Assembly (NCBI GenBank): GCA_964016885.1
Contig: OZ024759.1
Span: forward strand, 33,108,001-33,172,000
Length of the DNA: 64,000 nt
DNA from: Eledone cirrhosa
Lineage: Eukaryota
Direction of reading: 5' to 3'
Shown: positions 1 to 12,705 of the stretch, in pieces
Layout: every line of letters starts with the position of its first letter
How positions within the stretch are numbered: position 1 is the first letter of the stretch
Program-made: the position numbers and the translations under genes
Notes under the pieces: generated by a model
The model's database searches: none
The model's input: the letters and a program-made list of their open reading frames with translations, nothing else
What the model was told of the DNA's origin: nothing

Positions 1-227
1 GGTAACAATGGTAAAAGGTAGAATGTTTGACAGCGATGGACAACAAAAGGTTCTTTCCCTCTAACTTTCTTTTATATCGCCACCACATTATTGCATTACG
101 TCTTAGAAATTGTGAAGTAAATAAATGATTTGTTTTGGTGAGTTGTAACATATATCTAACAACATCGCCATTAAACAAAGAACATGTTAGATGACAGAAC
201 AACATGTAGATAATTAATGTTGGTAAA

Positions 228-419
228 AATTGTTTCTACTTTTGGGACAAGGCCAGCAATTATCTTAGTGTATTACTGGTACTTTATTTCAGCGACCCCG
301 TAAGGATGAAAGGCAAAGTTAACCTCGTCGGAATTTGAACTTAGACCATAAAGGGCTGTAAGTCATTGCTGCAAAGCATGGCGGCCGACCCCCTACCGAT
401 ACTGCCAATCCACCGCCCT
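228..419 (-). mobile_element. tRNA-derived SINE (family 1), near full length
   Basis: Reverse complement contains a B-box-like GTTCAAATTCC, the GCCTTTCATCCTTACGGGGTCG..AAATAAAGTACCAG core and the GCTGGCCTTGT..CAAAAGTAGAAAC tail shared with many copies in the window. Confidence 0.85.
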
Positions 420-437
420 AATGTTGGTAATAATAAT

Positions 438-600
438 AATGGTTTCTGATTTAGGTACAAGCCAGCAATTTTGGTGAGGGGAAAGTCCATTAAACCGACA
501 CCAGTGCATTACTGGTACTTTATTTTATTGACCCCGTAAGGATGAAATGCAAAGCTACCGTCGGCGGGATTTGAACTCAGAAAGTAAAGGGTCCCAAGTC
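438..600 (-). mobile_element. SINE family 1 copy, adjacent to the previous copy
   Basis: Same core (ACTGGTACTTTATTTTATTGACCCCGTAAGGATGAAA on +) and B-box (GGGATTTGAACTC). Confidence 0.8.
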
Positions 601-634
601 AAGTTATACGACATTGTACCGATAATACCAACCG

Positions 635-691
<57 letters not shown>

Positions 692-1423
692 TATAGATAT
701 GTGTGTGTGTGTTTGTGTTTGTGTGTGTGTGAATGAATAAGTATGGATAAATTGACTATACATGAACTACTTTCGAGAATGATTGAGTGTGTGTTCATGT
801 ACGTGTGTGACTTGCTGTGTTTTTGCGTGTGTGTTTACGTATATATGTGTGTATCTGTGTGTGTACCTACAAATATATGTGTGTGTGTACGTGTACATAT
901 ATTGTTGAAATGACAAAATAGGAATACAAAATCTGTTTATTAATTAATGTAATCATTCTTGGAAAATTGATGAGGGGCGTAAATAGTATTTAATGTTTGC
1001 TATTTAATTAACTTCCCCAGATAACTGAGATCTCAAGGTGTCGGAGGAAGAGTGGAAGAGAAAGAGAACTATTAACTTATCTAACACTTCACTATTGTAA
1101 CGTGTTCCTGAACTTTAATATATTGAAGTGATAAAGCCTATATAGCCACGGCGTCGTGTTGGAAGACGAGATTCCATCTAGCGTGACTCACACCTGCGGC
1201 AAACCAAATCTGTGCCGTTGGTTGTGAGTAGAGTTGCGGTCGTAGGGCCAAGGGCACCAGATGCCTCCACTGCTAGTGTTCTCTTAGTTGTTATTTGCCC
1301 CGCTTTAATATCATTCTTGCAATTAACAGATTTCTATCTAATTACCAAACAGACAAATGGTACCAGGTTGGATATAAAGAATATACATTTGGTTTCCACA
1401 CTACGTCACACTGCTCAATTTCA

Positions 1424-1490
<67 letters not shown>

Positions 1491-1594
1491 CATACATACA
1501 CACAGACATGCATCAGTTACATATAGATGAATATATAGAATATACGTTTTTCTTTATTACTACAGCCAGAAGAGAAAAACTATACGTACACACA

Positions 1595-1850
1595 TACCTG
1601 CCTACCTACCTACATACATACCTACCTACCTACATACCTACCTACCTACCTACATACATATATACCTAACCAACCTACATACATTCATACCTACCTACCC
1701 ACATATATACCTACCTTCCTACCTACCTACCTACCTACCTACCTACCTACATATATACCTACCTACCTACCTACATAAATACCTACCTACCTACCTACCT
1801 ACCTACCTACCTACCTACCTACCTACCTAGCCACCTACATACCTACATAC
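1595..1850. repeat. (CCTA)n microsatellite
   Basis: Direct inspection. Confidence 0.95.
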
Positions 1851-2204
1851 ATTTTTTCTCTTATTTCTTAAAACAGTATTGTTTATTTTCTTAACTACCT
1901 TCCTTGACACGATATTAAACTAAGACATAATCAATACTTGGTAATAATCGTATGATACTTGTTACCTACCTCACCTTGTTTCACTCAGCGTTCTCTCTTT
2001 TTTCTTTGTTTTACAATAATTACTGTTGTTCTTATCGCAGCCATTATTAAAGTTATTTTTCTTACATTTTTCTCTCGATTACAATATTTATAACAGTTTT
2101 ATAGAAATGTTATTATTATCATTCTCATTAATAATAAGACGCTGGTATACCCGCACCGTGTAATTTAGACGCTGACAGGCGATACTATACTGCTGTTGTT
2201 GTTT

Positions 2205-2279
<75 letters not shown>

Positions 2280-2379
2280 ATATATATGTGTGTGTGAGTG
2301 AGTGTGTGTACATACATAAACATACACACACATATATATATATATATATATTTACATATACATATACTTACACACAGAC

Positions 2380-2410
<31 letters not shown>

Positions 2411-2463
2411 AACGTACTTATATATATCTGTATGTGTATACACACGCATACACACACACACAC

Positions 2464-2517
<54 letters not shown>

Positions 2518-2716
2518 CATGTGTGTGTGTGTATGATAAGGATTGTTTTTTAATGATTTTCTGGGTATTATATTTCCAATGAAGTTGTAATATTTTATTG
2601 TGAAGTTTATTCTGTGTAGAAAATATGATTGTAGAATAATTGTATATTTTTATAATATTTCACCCATTTCTGACAATCTCTCAGATAGGGGACATGACCT
2701 CTACTACGTTTATATT

Positions 2717-3196
2717 TAAATAAATCGTTTTGCGGTATATATAAAGATATACTAGTATTTTCATGATTCAGGTGTGTATATATATATATATGGTGGCTGC
2801 CAACTCCTTTTCGAGTACGGCCACTACTTTATATCCATGTAGGAGAACCCCTACCGATGCGCTGAACGAGTGTGACTTTTTAGTCCAGCCAGCGACTTGA
2901 AAACTCTGGTACAAACACTACACTTGTGACAATTATTGACACATAGTGCTGGGACCATGGTACCATGTGACGACAAGTGTAGAGAGATCTCCAGATATAA
3001 AGCAATGCCTGTGCCATGAAGCTTTTATAGTGAGCAAAGGGGCTGCACAAAGACAGTCCCACTCTCTTAACCAAGATGATATTTACCAAAAAGAAGAACA
3101 AGTCAACATCATTGGATACCATCAGGGTTGCAGGTGTTATATCAGAGTTTTCCTTCTCCTAGAATTCTGCCTTGATAAAGGCTAAGGGGTCATCTC
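2717..3196 (+). repeat. About 480-bp dispersed direct repeat, copy 1
   Basis: Near-identical to 6847-7327, including the internal short TA run. Confidence 0.9.
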
Positions 3197-3607
3197 TCCC
3201 GGTGATATTGGATGGCCATTGACTCTTAAGAGGTCCTTTGCCCTTTGACAGGTTTTGTTTTTAGTCCTGCAGGATGTCCAAAGTCACCCTCCCCACCAAG
3301 AAACCTTGGTGGGGTTACCAGAGCCATTTCAGCGTGTTTGTTCAGCAAGTCTTTTCAAGTGTGTAGCATGTGTGTGTATATATGTGAAAAACGTGAGGAC
3401 GTTAGAATACGTTCTATAGAGATTACCTTATATAAGGAAAATTAATTAAAAAGGGTTTGAAAAGCTCACCTGGTATATATATGAAGGATTGGTATAACGT
3501 GTACAAAAAATTGATGTTGGCAAAGCCTGCTTTCTGCGTTTTGGATTATCAAAACATTTGTTAATTTTACCATCAATTTTTGTACATGCTATAAAGATTC
3601 ATTCCAT

Positions 3608-3728
3608 TACGGTCAGAGTTCAAATCCCGCCGAGGTTAACCTTGCCTTTCATCCTTAAGGGGTCGATAAAATAAAGTACCAGTAATGTACTGGGTAATTG
3701 CTGGCCTTGTGCCAAAAGTAGAAACATT
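3608..3728 (+). mobile_element. SINE family 1, 5'-truncated
   Basis: GAGTTCAAATCCCGCCGAGGTTAAC...GGTCGATAAAATAAAGTACCAG...GTAGAAAC. Confidence 0.85.
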
Positions 3729-3780
3729 TATATATATATATATAGGTGCGGTTTTCAAACCCTTTTTTTTCAAATCATTT

Positions 3781-3845
<65 letters not shown>

Positions 3846-3850
<5 letters not shown>

Positions 3851-4036
3851 GTATTTCCGTAGGCTGGATAAAGGAAAGCAGACTGCTCTATGTATGCTAC
3901 AGAGCTATTTAATTATGTAATAAACAACATAAGACAATTGATCAATCACCGATGAGCGATTTCAGACGTCTGTTGAGCTCGTCTGTCTTCGTGAAACCTT
4001 TGGTAAACGGAATAATTGTTTTATGTTGTTTATTAC

Positions 4037-4042
<6 letters not shown>
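3846..4042 (+). mobile_element. (TA)n-flanked fold-back element with degenerate hammerhead-like core
   Basis: Inverted arms at about 3913-3939 and 4014-4041. Internal CCGATGA (3949) - GCGA..CAGACG..CGTCTG..TCGT - GAAACC TTT GGTA (to 4005). Confidence 0.55.
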
Positions 4043-4084
<42 letters not shown>

Positions 4085-5045
4085 AAGAGAGAGATGAAAG
4101 TATCGAAAAATATATGCAGAGATCTATAGTCACTTCCTTGTCCCTTGTCAGGAATCAGTTACTCACCATTTACGTAATAATCTTCCTAGTAATTGGAACT
4201 TTCCAATATATTCAAATTTCTTCACGAATCTGTATGATACACTATTATCAGTCACTCTATTATCAATCACTCATTAGCAAGTTTTTGATTATGATATAGC
4301 CTCACTAATAATTATAAAAATAAATATATAAAAATATTAACATTTATTTTATTCAAAAAATAAGAAAACGAAAAAAGAAATCGGTAATCAAAAAAGATTG
4401 CTTTGCAATTTGCGTGATAAGGGGGTTTTATGATAAACATACATTTCACAGTTATTTTAATCTAACCTGGAGATAAATTTTTTTTCTTCATGTATTTAAA
4501 TATTTACACAATAAAATGACAAAAAAAAAAAAAAAATACCGTTCAATGTGTGATATTTATTATTATTATCATTATTAGTAGTAATAAAATTATCATCCTC
4601 ATCATTATTATCTTCATTATCATCATTCTTGTTAATATTATTATCATTATTATTATTTTTATTCTTATTAATGTTATGTATTATGCCACTAGATATGATA
4701 TAACCCACTTACACTAGATATCAATGTTGTTATTGTTTTTAGACGCTTTACACGTCTAATTATCGTAGTTTTGTTGTATTTTGTTGTGTTTTTGTTGATG
4801 TAGATGGCGTTGTTGTTGTTATTGTATATCCTGTTTTACTTGGTGCATGTAAATTATGTAATTATCAATCGAAGCTTTTATCAATAAATGTGATCTGAAT
4901 GTTTGATTGGATGATAGCTGTGAGAACATTGAGTTGACACAGTATATGTGTAGATATATATGCAATAATGGTGGGAAAGTTATGTTATCTAGATTGTTGA
5001 TGATAATAAATAGATATTTACTGACAGGCATATACACACACACAG

Positions 5046-5075
<30 letters not shown>

Positions 5076-5081
<6 letters not shown>

Positions 5082-5213
5082 GTACTCTGCTGAATAATGA
5101 TATAATTCCTCCCTCCCTCCCTCTCTTTGTGCATATATATATATATATATATATATGCACAAAGAGAGGGAGGGAGGGAGGAATTATATCATTATTCAGC
5201 AGAGTACTCGATA
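5076..5213. repeat. Perfect inverted repeat (about 58-bp arms) centred on (TA)n
   Basis: ATCGAGTACTCTGCTGAATAATG...TTTGTGC-(AT)n-GCACAAA...CATTATTCAGCAGAGTACTCGAT. Confidence 0.9.
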
Positions 5214-5346
5214 CTTACGATAGGACAGAACAACATTCCTTATATGGTACAATAAATTCTGTCACATGTCAGAATTTGTGGTACCATATAAGAAGGAATC
5301 GGATAATATTCATCCACGCTCAGACGCGAGTCTACATGTTGAAACA

Positions 5347-5432
5347 TATCTGAGGAGCTTCCCATTCCAGAGTCAGGTTCTATCCTTAAAAGATCGTTTC
5401 TCGAGCTGATCGACAGTGAAACATATGTAATG
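5347..5432 (+). ncRNA. Hammerhead ribozyme, type I, with extended stem II
   Basis: UAU-CUGAGGA (5350-5356)-GCU...AGU-GAAAC (5418)-AUAU-GUA-AUG. Stem III has a palindromic loop and the cleavage triplet is GUA. Confidence 0.65.
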
Positions 5433-5483
5433 AAATATGTATATGAGGTAACACTGATTCTTTGTTCCGTTAAGTATTATTAT

Positions 5484-5526
<43 letters not shown>

Positions 5527-5528
<2 letters not shown>

Positions 5529-5633
5529 CCCGCCGAGGTTTACTTTGCCTTTCATCCTTACGGGGTCGATAAAATAAAGTACCAGTAATGCACTGAGTAA
5601 TTTGCTGGCCTTGTGCCAAAAGTAGAAACAATT
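5527..5633 (+). mobile_element. SINE family 1 fragment between TA tracts
   Basis: SINE core and tail. Confidence 0.85.
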
Positions 5634-5635
5634 AT

Positions 5636-5683
<48 letters not shown>

Positions 5684-5691
<8 letters not shown>

Positions 5692-5790
5692 CAGGAGCGA
5701 ACACGAATCCAAACCAAACAGTGAGTGTGTTTTATTATTATTTCTGGTAATATTATAACAATATGACCCTCCCCAAATATAACAATATAT
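5684..5790 (+). mobile_element. TA-embedded element fragment homologous to the arm of the 57558-57839 palindrome
   Basis: CCAAACAGTGAGTGTG...ATGACCCTCCCCAAATATAACAATAT is shared with 57760-57839. Confidence 0.7.
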
Positions 5791-5811
5791 ATATATCATA
5801 TATATATATAT

Positions 5812-5870
5812 GAAAAGATTCAGGACCCCGACGGCTGAGCTCTGGCCGTTTCGGCAGCTTGATCCGAACT
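5812..5870 (-). mobile_element. Fragment of the 53.0/53.5-kb hairpin family (3' half of a hammerhead)
   Basis: Reverse complement reads GAAACGGCCAGAGCTCAGCCGTCGGGGTCC. Confidence 0.6.
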
Positions 5871-5900
5871 CATATCTATGTATCTATCTATATATATATA

Positions 5901-6207
5901 GTTAAATAAGATAACAAGGACGATTGGTTACTCCTTCATTAGGTTAATTAGTTGGTGACGCGCGTTTCGCCACTGACGAGCCGCGGTTTACAGAGTCAGG
6001 TCAGATCGATACAGATCGAACCTTGAGCTGATCAGTGGCGAATCCGCGCGTCACCAACCAATAAACGTAATGAATGAGTAGCCAAACGTCCTTGTTATCT
6101 TATTTCACTATAATACACTCTGTCTAGCTCTACACCTCGACACTGAAGTGAACCTAAACATCGAGTGCTCACCCGGGTGAACCTACAGTAATCCCAAGTT
6201 ACACCCT

Positions 6208-6209
<2 letters not shown>
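5901..6209 (+). mobile_element. (TA)n-flanked fold-back element with hammerhead core (Penelope-like pLTR derivative)
   Basis: Arms at about 5901-5976 and 6032-6109. CUGACGA (5973)-GCCGC...GUGGC-GAA..GCGC-GUC (6052); the GAAAC is damaged in this arm but intact in the inverted arm. AATAAA at 6060 and a tail with ATCGAGTGCT at 6160. Second copy at 19966-20172. Confidence 0.75.
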
Positions 6210-6254
<45 letters not shown>

Positions 6255-6255
<1 letters not shown>

Positions 6256-6535
6256 GATATCACAGAAAACAGAGAATCAGTGTTGCGACGAAAGTAATTT
6301 ATTGCTTCGTAGAATCGAGACGTATCCGAGGACCGCTGATTTCAGAGTCAGGTTTGATCACCACATCGATCGTGCCTCGAGCTGGTCGCCCGAGAAACAA
6401 TTGTAATATGTCCAATAAATTCCTTTCGTCGCAACACTGATTCTCATTTTTCTGTGATATCATACTCTGCTCTACGAGGGCATCGAGTGTTCATACGGCT
6501 TACCGCATACGGACGCTTTAAGCATCCAACGCCAA
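6255..6535 (+). mobile_element. (TA)n-flanked fold-back element with long-stem-II hammerhead-like core
   Basis: Arms at about 6255-6304 and 6413-6462. UAU-CCGAGGA (6326)...GAAAC (6394)-AAUU-GUA-AUA, AATAAA at 6414, ATCGAGTGTT at 6482. Confidence 0.7.
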
Positions 6536-6846
6536 TTATATATATATATAGGTAGGTAATCTAAACGTAGAAATACACATAAACACACTGGAATGCTATA
6601 CATTATAGTGTGGAAAATCAACTAAAATACTCAATGTTAGAGACAGTGTGACTGCCCAATGCTATCCGACTATAGGGATATCATCTTACTTTTCTCAGCT
6701 ATCATTTGTAGCTAAAGTCAGTTGTTGCACTTATTTTATGCGTTTCGGATTCTTACATCTTCGAAAGCACTTTCAAATTATCTACCGCTCTGATGATTTC
6801 TATAGATCGTTGAATATATACATATATACATACATATATACATACA

Positions 6847-7327
6847 TAAATAAATCGTTTTGCGGTATATATAAAGATATACTAGTATTTTCATGATTCA
6901 GGTGTGTATATATATATATATATGGTGGCTGCCAACTCGTTTTCGAGTACGGCCACTATTTATATCCATGTGGGAGAACCCCTACCGATGCGCTGAATGA
7001 GTGTGACTTTTTAGTCCAGCCAGCGACTTGAAAACTCTGGTACAAACACTACACTTGTGACAATTATTGACACATAGTGCTGGGCCCATGGTACCATGTG
7101 ACGACAAGTGCAGAGAGATCTCCAGATATAAAGCAATGCCTGTGCCGTGAAGTTTTTATAGTGAGCAAAGGCACTGCACAAAGCCAGTCCCACTCTCTTA
7201 ACCAAGATGATATTTACCAAAAAGAAGAACAAGTCAACATCATTGGATACCATCAGGGTTGCAGGTGTTATATCAGAGTTTTCCTTCTCCTAGAATTCTG
7301 CCTTGACAAAGGCTAAGGGGTCATCTC
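6847..7327 (+). repeat. About 480-bp dispersed direct repeat, copy 2
   Basis: Near-identical to 2717-3196. Confidence 0.9.
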
Positions 7328-7650
7328 ACCCTCATATATACATACATACATGCATACATGTGTGTCTGTGTGTATACATACATGTACATATGTATGTATA
7401 TATGTAAGTATACATGTATATATATATATAAATATATGTATATCTATATGTGTATGTGTAAATATATATATGTATATATATATACATATATATGCATATA
7501 TATATACATATATGTGTGTATGTGTAAATATATATGTATGTATGAATATATACATATATATGCATATATATATATGTATATCTATATGTGCATGTGTAAA
7601 TATATATGTATATATATACATGTATACGCATATATATATATATATATACG

Positions 7651-7727
<77 letters not shown>

Positions 7728-8208
7728 AAGTGTAAACAGAAACGGTCAGATCAACGGAGAGAGAGAGAGAGAGAGAGAGAGAGGCAGTGAAACAAGGGAG
7801 GTTATTCCGTCATGTCAATAGATAGTTTGACTCTTAACGCCTTGTGAGGAATCAACAACGTTCTCACACATTCACACAAATTATTTTAGCTTGGCAGCGT
7901 CTTAATTGTATGGAAGATGTAAAACGACTAATGCCAGATTTAAGCTTCATACTTTACACCAGCTGTGTCTCTCCAATGTGTAACTTGATAGCTGATGAAG
8001 CAGAAAACATACTCATTGAAGTGGTTTATACACATCACTGTTCGGTCGTCTCGTTTCTGTTTACAGTGCTGTTGTTTCCAGACAAATTGTCGTCTAGAGG
8101 AAATATCTCCTTCTTCCTCTGCAATTTCAGTTTATTACTACCATTCCACTATCCTACATTCAACGCCGGGGTACTGAGGGGATAACATAGTTTAATTTTC
8201 ATCTATAT

Positions 8209-8244
<36 letters not shown>

Positions 8245-8280
8245 TACATACAGACGCGTGTAGATGCCGTATCGATTTGC

Positions 8281-8363
<83 letters not shown>

Positions 8364-8365
<2 letters not shown>

Positions 8366-8453
8366 GTCCACCACCACCCCACTCTCAAGAGCGTGAAACT
8401 AATAAACCTTTGTTCGTACTGCCTCTCTGTTTTGTTCCCGTTCAGTTTTTGAC
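8364..8453 (+). mobile_element. TA-embedded pLTR-like fragment, same family as 11560-11730
   Basis: CTCAAGAGCGTGAAACTAATAAAC...GTACTGCCTCTCTGTTTTGTTCC matches the reverse complement of 11570-11632. Confidence 0.7.
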
Positions 8454-8485
8454 TATATATATATACACACACGTGTATATATTTG

Positions 8486-8538
<53 letters not shown>

Positions 8539-8565
8539 GTGCTACTGTGTATCTGCCACTTTGTG

Positions 8566-8605
<40 letters not shown>

Positions 8606-8948
8606 CTATAGATAAATAGATAGATGTGTGTATATATTTTCGTTTGTGCACTTATCGCTGAGTTTCCCCATTAGATAACACTACACCAGATTTTCAGACA
8701 GACAGGGAGAAACAATATATCACATTAAGTGAAGATGTACACAGACGGACGTGAAAACAACATGATTTCCTACATAATGCTATCTCCCTTATGACTGAAA
8801 AGCCGTAGTGTTGTAAACTAAACCTTTGACATTTTATTGAGTAGCTTGACAAGTCTATACTTCTCTAGAGATGGGAACCAGCTTATATAAACTTCATGCC
8901 TTTCTCTTATCTATACACAGATCCTATTCACCTATCAATGATAGATAA

Positions 8949-9006
<58 letters not shown>

Positions 9007-9088
9007 AGTTTTACTCAATGAAACTGCAGTAGAGACACTAAGTAATAGGGGTAAATCTTTCTTTAACTTATTTACGTTTTCCAAAGTA

Positions 9089-9171
<83 letters not shown>

Positions 9172-9280
9172 CAACAACAGAAGGCTGGACTGGAAGATAT
9201 TCTTTAAAATGTCATTTCCCTGAAATTACTATGGCCCAGCTGTATCATCCAAATATGATGCAAAACAGGCCTTTGTTAGG

Positions 9281-9355
<75 letters not shown>

Positions 9356-9409
9356 ATTATATATATATTATATATATTATATATATATATATATTATATA
9401 TATATATAT

Positions 9410-9440
<31 letters not shown>

Positions 9441-9459
9441 ATATATTATATATATATTC

Positions 9460-9628
9460 TGGCAGTAGAGGGTTGGACGCCATGCTTTGACGCATAGAGT
9501 TACGGCCCTTATTCTGAGTTCAAATCCCGCTGAGTTTAACTTTGCCTTTCATCCTTACGGGGTTGATAAAATAAAGTACCAATAATGTACTGGGTAATTG
9601 CTGGCCTTGTGCCAAAAGTAGAAACAAT
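9460..9628 (+). mobile_element. SINE family 1
   Basis: Head, B-box, core and tail present. Confidence 0.85.
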
Positions 9629-10453
9629 TATATATATATATATTATATATATATATATTATATATATCATCATCATCATCAAGGTTTTGTTGAACACGCA
9701 GTTGCTTCTTTCCACCACAGTCTATGTTGTAAAATAAACCTCATTTGTTTTATTGTTTGAAATTATCTTTCCCAGCCTATGAAAGTTCCAGCCTACGAAC
9801 TCTTTAGCTAACTATCATATAGTGAAATACCTGAGACACGTCTTTGAACTCAAAATCTATCAGATAACAAACTTAATATTTTCCACAGACAATCAGCACT
9901 CTGTACTAGTAGTTCAATATTTTATAGGCGTCTATCCTTCCATTCATTTGCGTGATCATAAAATATTTTTTTAATTCTAATTCTACATAGAAAATATTTT
10001 TTTTCTTTTTGGGGAAAAAAGAGGAAACAAATTTCATTTAATAAAAAAACATGAAATAACAAAAAATGAAAATATTGATAGGAATACATTTCAATATGAT
10101 GATGTATTTTTCTATTCAATTTTTAACTTTAAAATCAATCTAAAGAAATAAATTATAAATTCTACCTTAAATTATGAAATAAAGATAAAAATTAAAATAA
10201 ACTATTTTTTTACATAAAATAATAAATAAAATAGAATTATTACAAGAGTGAAAGAAAAAATTATCAATTTTAATTTTTTTTATCAAATTCAATTAACGAA
10301 GAAATTAAACAATTTAAAGTAAAATCAACCACAACGCCAACAACAACACCAACGACAATATCATCCTCATCAACAACAGCAATAGTATTATCATAACTGG
10401 CAGTAATAGCAATAGATCAGTATCATCTTTGAAAAGTTCTCTCCCTCCCCTTA

Positions 10454-10531
<78 letters not shown>

Positions 10532-10544
10532 CTCACACACATAT

Positions 10545-10729
10545 AAGTTTATCCGGGATTCAATCGGAGGTAACCACAGTAAGTAGGGTACTCAATACAA
10601 AGCAGAGTATAAATATTTAATATAGAAAGGCTTCTACAGGACTAGAACTGTTTCATTTCGGAGAAATCGTCAGGAAGCTTCCTTTCTCCTGTGTGAAACA
10701 GTTCTAGTCCTGTAGAAGCCTTTCTCCAT

Positions 10730-10734
<5 letters not shown>
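10545..10734 (-). mobile_element. (TA)n-flanked fold-back element with minimal hammerhead
   Basis: Arms at about 10613-10655 and 10694-10736. Minus strand reads CUGACGA-UUUC-UCC-GAAA-U-GAAAC-A-GUU (10673-10646). ATTGAGTACC box at 10587-10596. Sister copy at 20539-20722. Confidence 0.7.
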
Positions 10735-10795
<61 letters not shown>

Positions 10796-11049
10796 CATAC
10801 ACCTATGCGTGTGTTTCAAAGGACATTGAACACCATATTTGGAATTGTACGCATGTCCTCTGTCCTATATAACTTATAATATTCAGTTTGAATATATCTA
10901 TGTGGGTGTATGTGTGAGTATGTTGTGGGTGTATGTGTGAGTATGTTGTGTGTGTATGTGTGAGTATGTTGTGTGTGTATGTGTGAGTATGTTGTGTGTG
11001 TACATATATGATGGTGAGTAGACTGATTGTAGCAATAACGGTCTTTTTT

Positions 11050-11096
<47 letters not shown>

Positions 11097-11168
11097 GAAT
11101 CCTTATCGAGTCCTCTTTGGATTTTGATCTTCGTAATTATTACTATATATATACATACACACACACAC

Positions 11169-11199
<31 letters not shown>

Positions 11200-11490
11200 A
11201 TTCAGAATATTAATAATCCAAATTTATGGTTTATTATATATATTTCGAAGGTACCTATAAGAAAACATATATTTTGATTATGTGAATGCCTTCATTTATT
11301 AATATGGTGAATAATATTAATAACTCCAGAAAACTTTTATTATAGAGTGCTTTTAATCTATTGTAAAACTATATTCATTGAGTAATCAATGGACCATATT
11401 AATCTTTGGTTATATATATATATATATATCTATATATATATATCTATATCTATATATAAGTATGATGTGCTAGGGCGAGAAATAAAATAC

Positions 11491-11559
<69 letters not shown>

Positions 11560-11560
<1 letters not shown>

Positions 11561-11730
11561 GTTAAATCTTAGACAGGAACAAAAACAGAGAGGCAGTACA
11601 GATATGAGTTTATTAGTTTCACGCTTTTGAGCGGTGGTGGGTGGGGAACGACGTTTCGGGTATAAGCCCTTCATCAGGAGAAAAGTGGGTAGAAATAGAG
11701 TTCCGAGGGTGTGTGGGGGAGTGGTGGAAA
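11560..11730 (-). mobile_element. Penelope-like pLTR fragment ending in (TA)n
   Basis: Hammerhead followed by AATAAA and a tail running into TA; homolog at 8364-8453 and a related fragment near 41956-42040. Confidence 0.7.
11650..11677 (-). ncRNA. Minimal hammerhead ribozyme (Penelope type)
   Basis: Minus strand: CUGAUGA-A-GGG-CUUAUA-CCC-GAAAC-GUC. Complete core with palindromic ACGU stem III; stem I is weak. Confidence 0.75.
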
Positions 11731-11771
11731 GATATTTAAAAAAAAAGGGGGAGGGAGAAATATATATATAT

Positions 11772-11912
11772 CAGGATGGATTCAGTTTGAAACTTGTTAG
11801 AGCATTACTCAACAGAGTACTCGATACTTGTGGTAGTAGAATATGTTTGTATTATAAAGAGTCAGGCCTTGCCGGCTGAGCTCTTGCTGTTTCAACAGCT
11901 ACTTCCGGTCTA
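11772..11912 (-). mobile_element. TA-embedded element related to the 53-kb family
   Basis: Reverse complement has GAAACAGCAAGAGCTCAGCCG and the tail TCTACTACCACAAGTATCGAGTACT. Confidence 0.6.
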
Positions 11913-12514
11913 TTTAATGACCCCCACCACCCTCCCCACCACCCCAAAAAGGTGAATATCAGAAACATTATTATAGCTGTTGTTGTTTTATATTTGTTCT
12001 TATGTGTGTGTATTTTTATTTTTATTAAAATCCATCTTGAATCTGCTTCGAACTCGATTATTATATTTGAAATGAAAGATCTTTGTGAAAATCGGAAAAT
12101 ACATCAACAGAATTTAACATTTTAAGCAAGAAACCCGAGACGAAGAATCCATTTCTAACGCTGATTGAAACAGACAAAATTGCCAGGATTAATTGCTGTC
12201 AAATGCTTCAGGTGGTAATGGGGAAAAAATTACATTTACTGAAGAATACAAGATGAAGCAACCATTTAAATATGAAATATTATTAAATACGAAACAATAT
12301 TAAAGTTTATATGAAAGAAACAAAACAATGTTGTCTCTGATCGAGACGAAGCGTGGGTGTATTTGAATGCATATAAAAGAGAAACCTGATCGCTAAGACA
12401 GCCGTTAAGACAGCTAAATGCTGTCAAAGACTGTGATGGGCAAAAATGCCTTCCCCTTGAACAATATCATATATAGTGTATATAGAGTATAGAGTGTTTA
12501 TATAGTGTAAGTTG

Positions 12515-12705
12515 TAACGTCACTAGTGCTAAACTGTATCGGCCATTGCCTTTCCTTTCGACAACATCGGTGGCGGGAAGAGGGGAGACTGGTATGCATG
12601 GGTGACTGCTGGTCTTCTACAAAACAAACATTGCCCAGGCTTGTGCCTCGAAGGGAAACTTTCTAGGTGCGAAACCCAGGGTCATTTGTGATCGATGGGG
12701 TCCTA
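12515..12705 (+). mobile_element. SINE family 2, 3' part
   Basis: GTCACTAGTGCTAAACTGTATCGGCCATTGCCTTTCC is shared with 28676-28710 and 40165-40230. Confidence 0.6.

Noticed and set aside
3617-3632. tRNA genes suggested by GAGTTCAAATCCC
   Set aside because: This is the B-box of SINE heads; no cloverleaf can be formed.
2717-7327. LTR retrotransposon bounded by the 480-bp repeats
   Set aside because: No TG...CA ends, primer-binding site, polypurine tract or gag/pol in the interval.
7992-8025. CTGATGA as a hammerhead core (also at 41113-41119 on minus and at 55643)
   Set aside because: No convincing stem II followed by GAAA and an NUH site.
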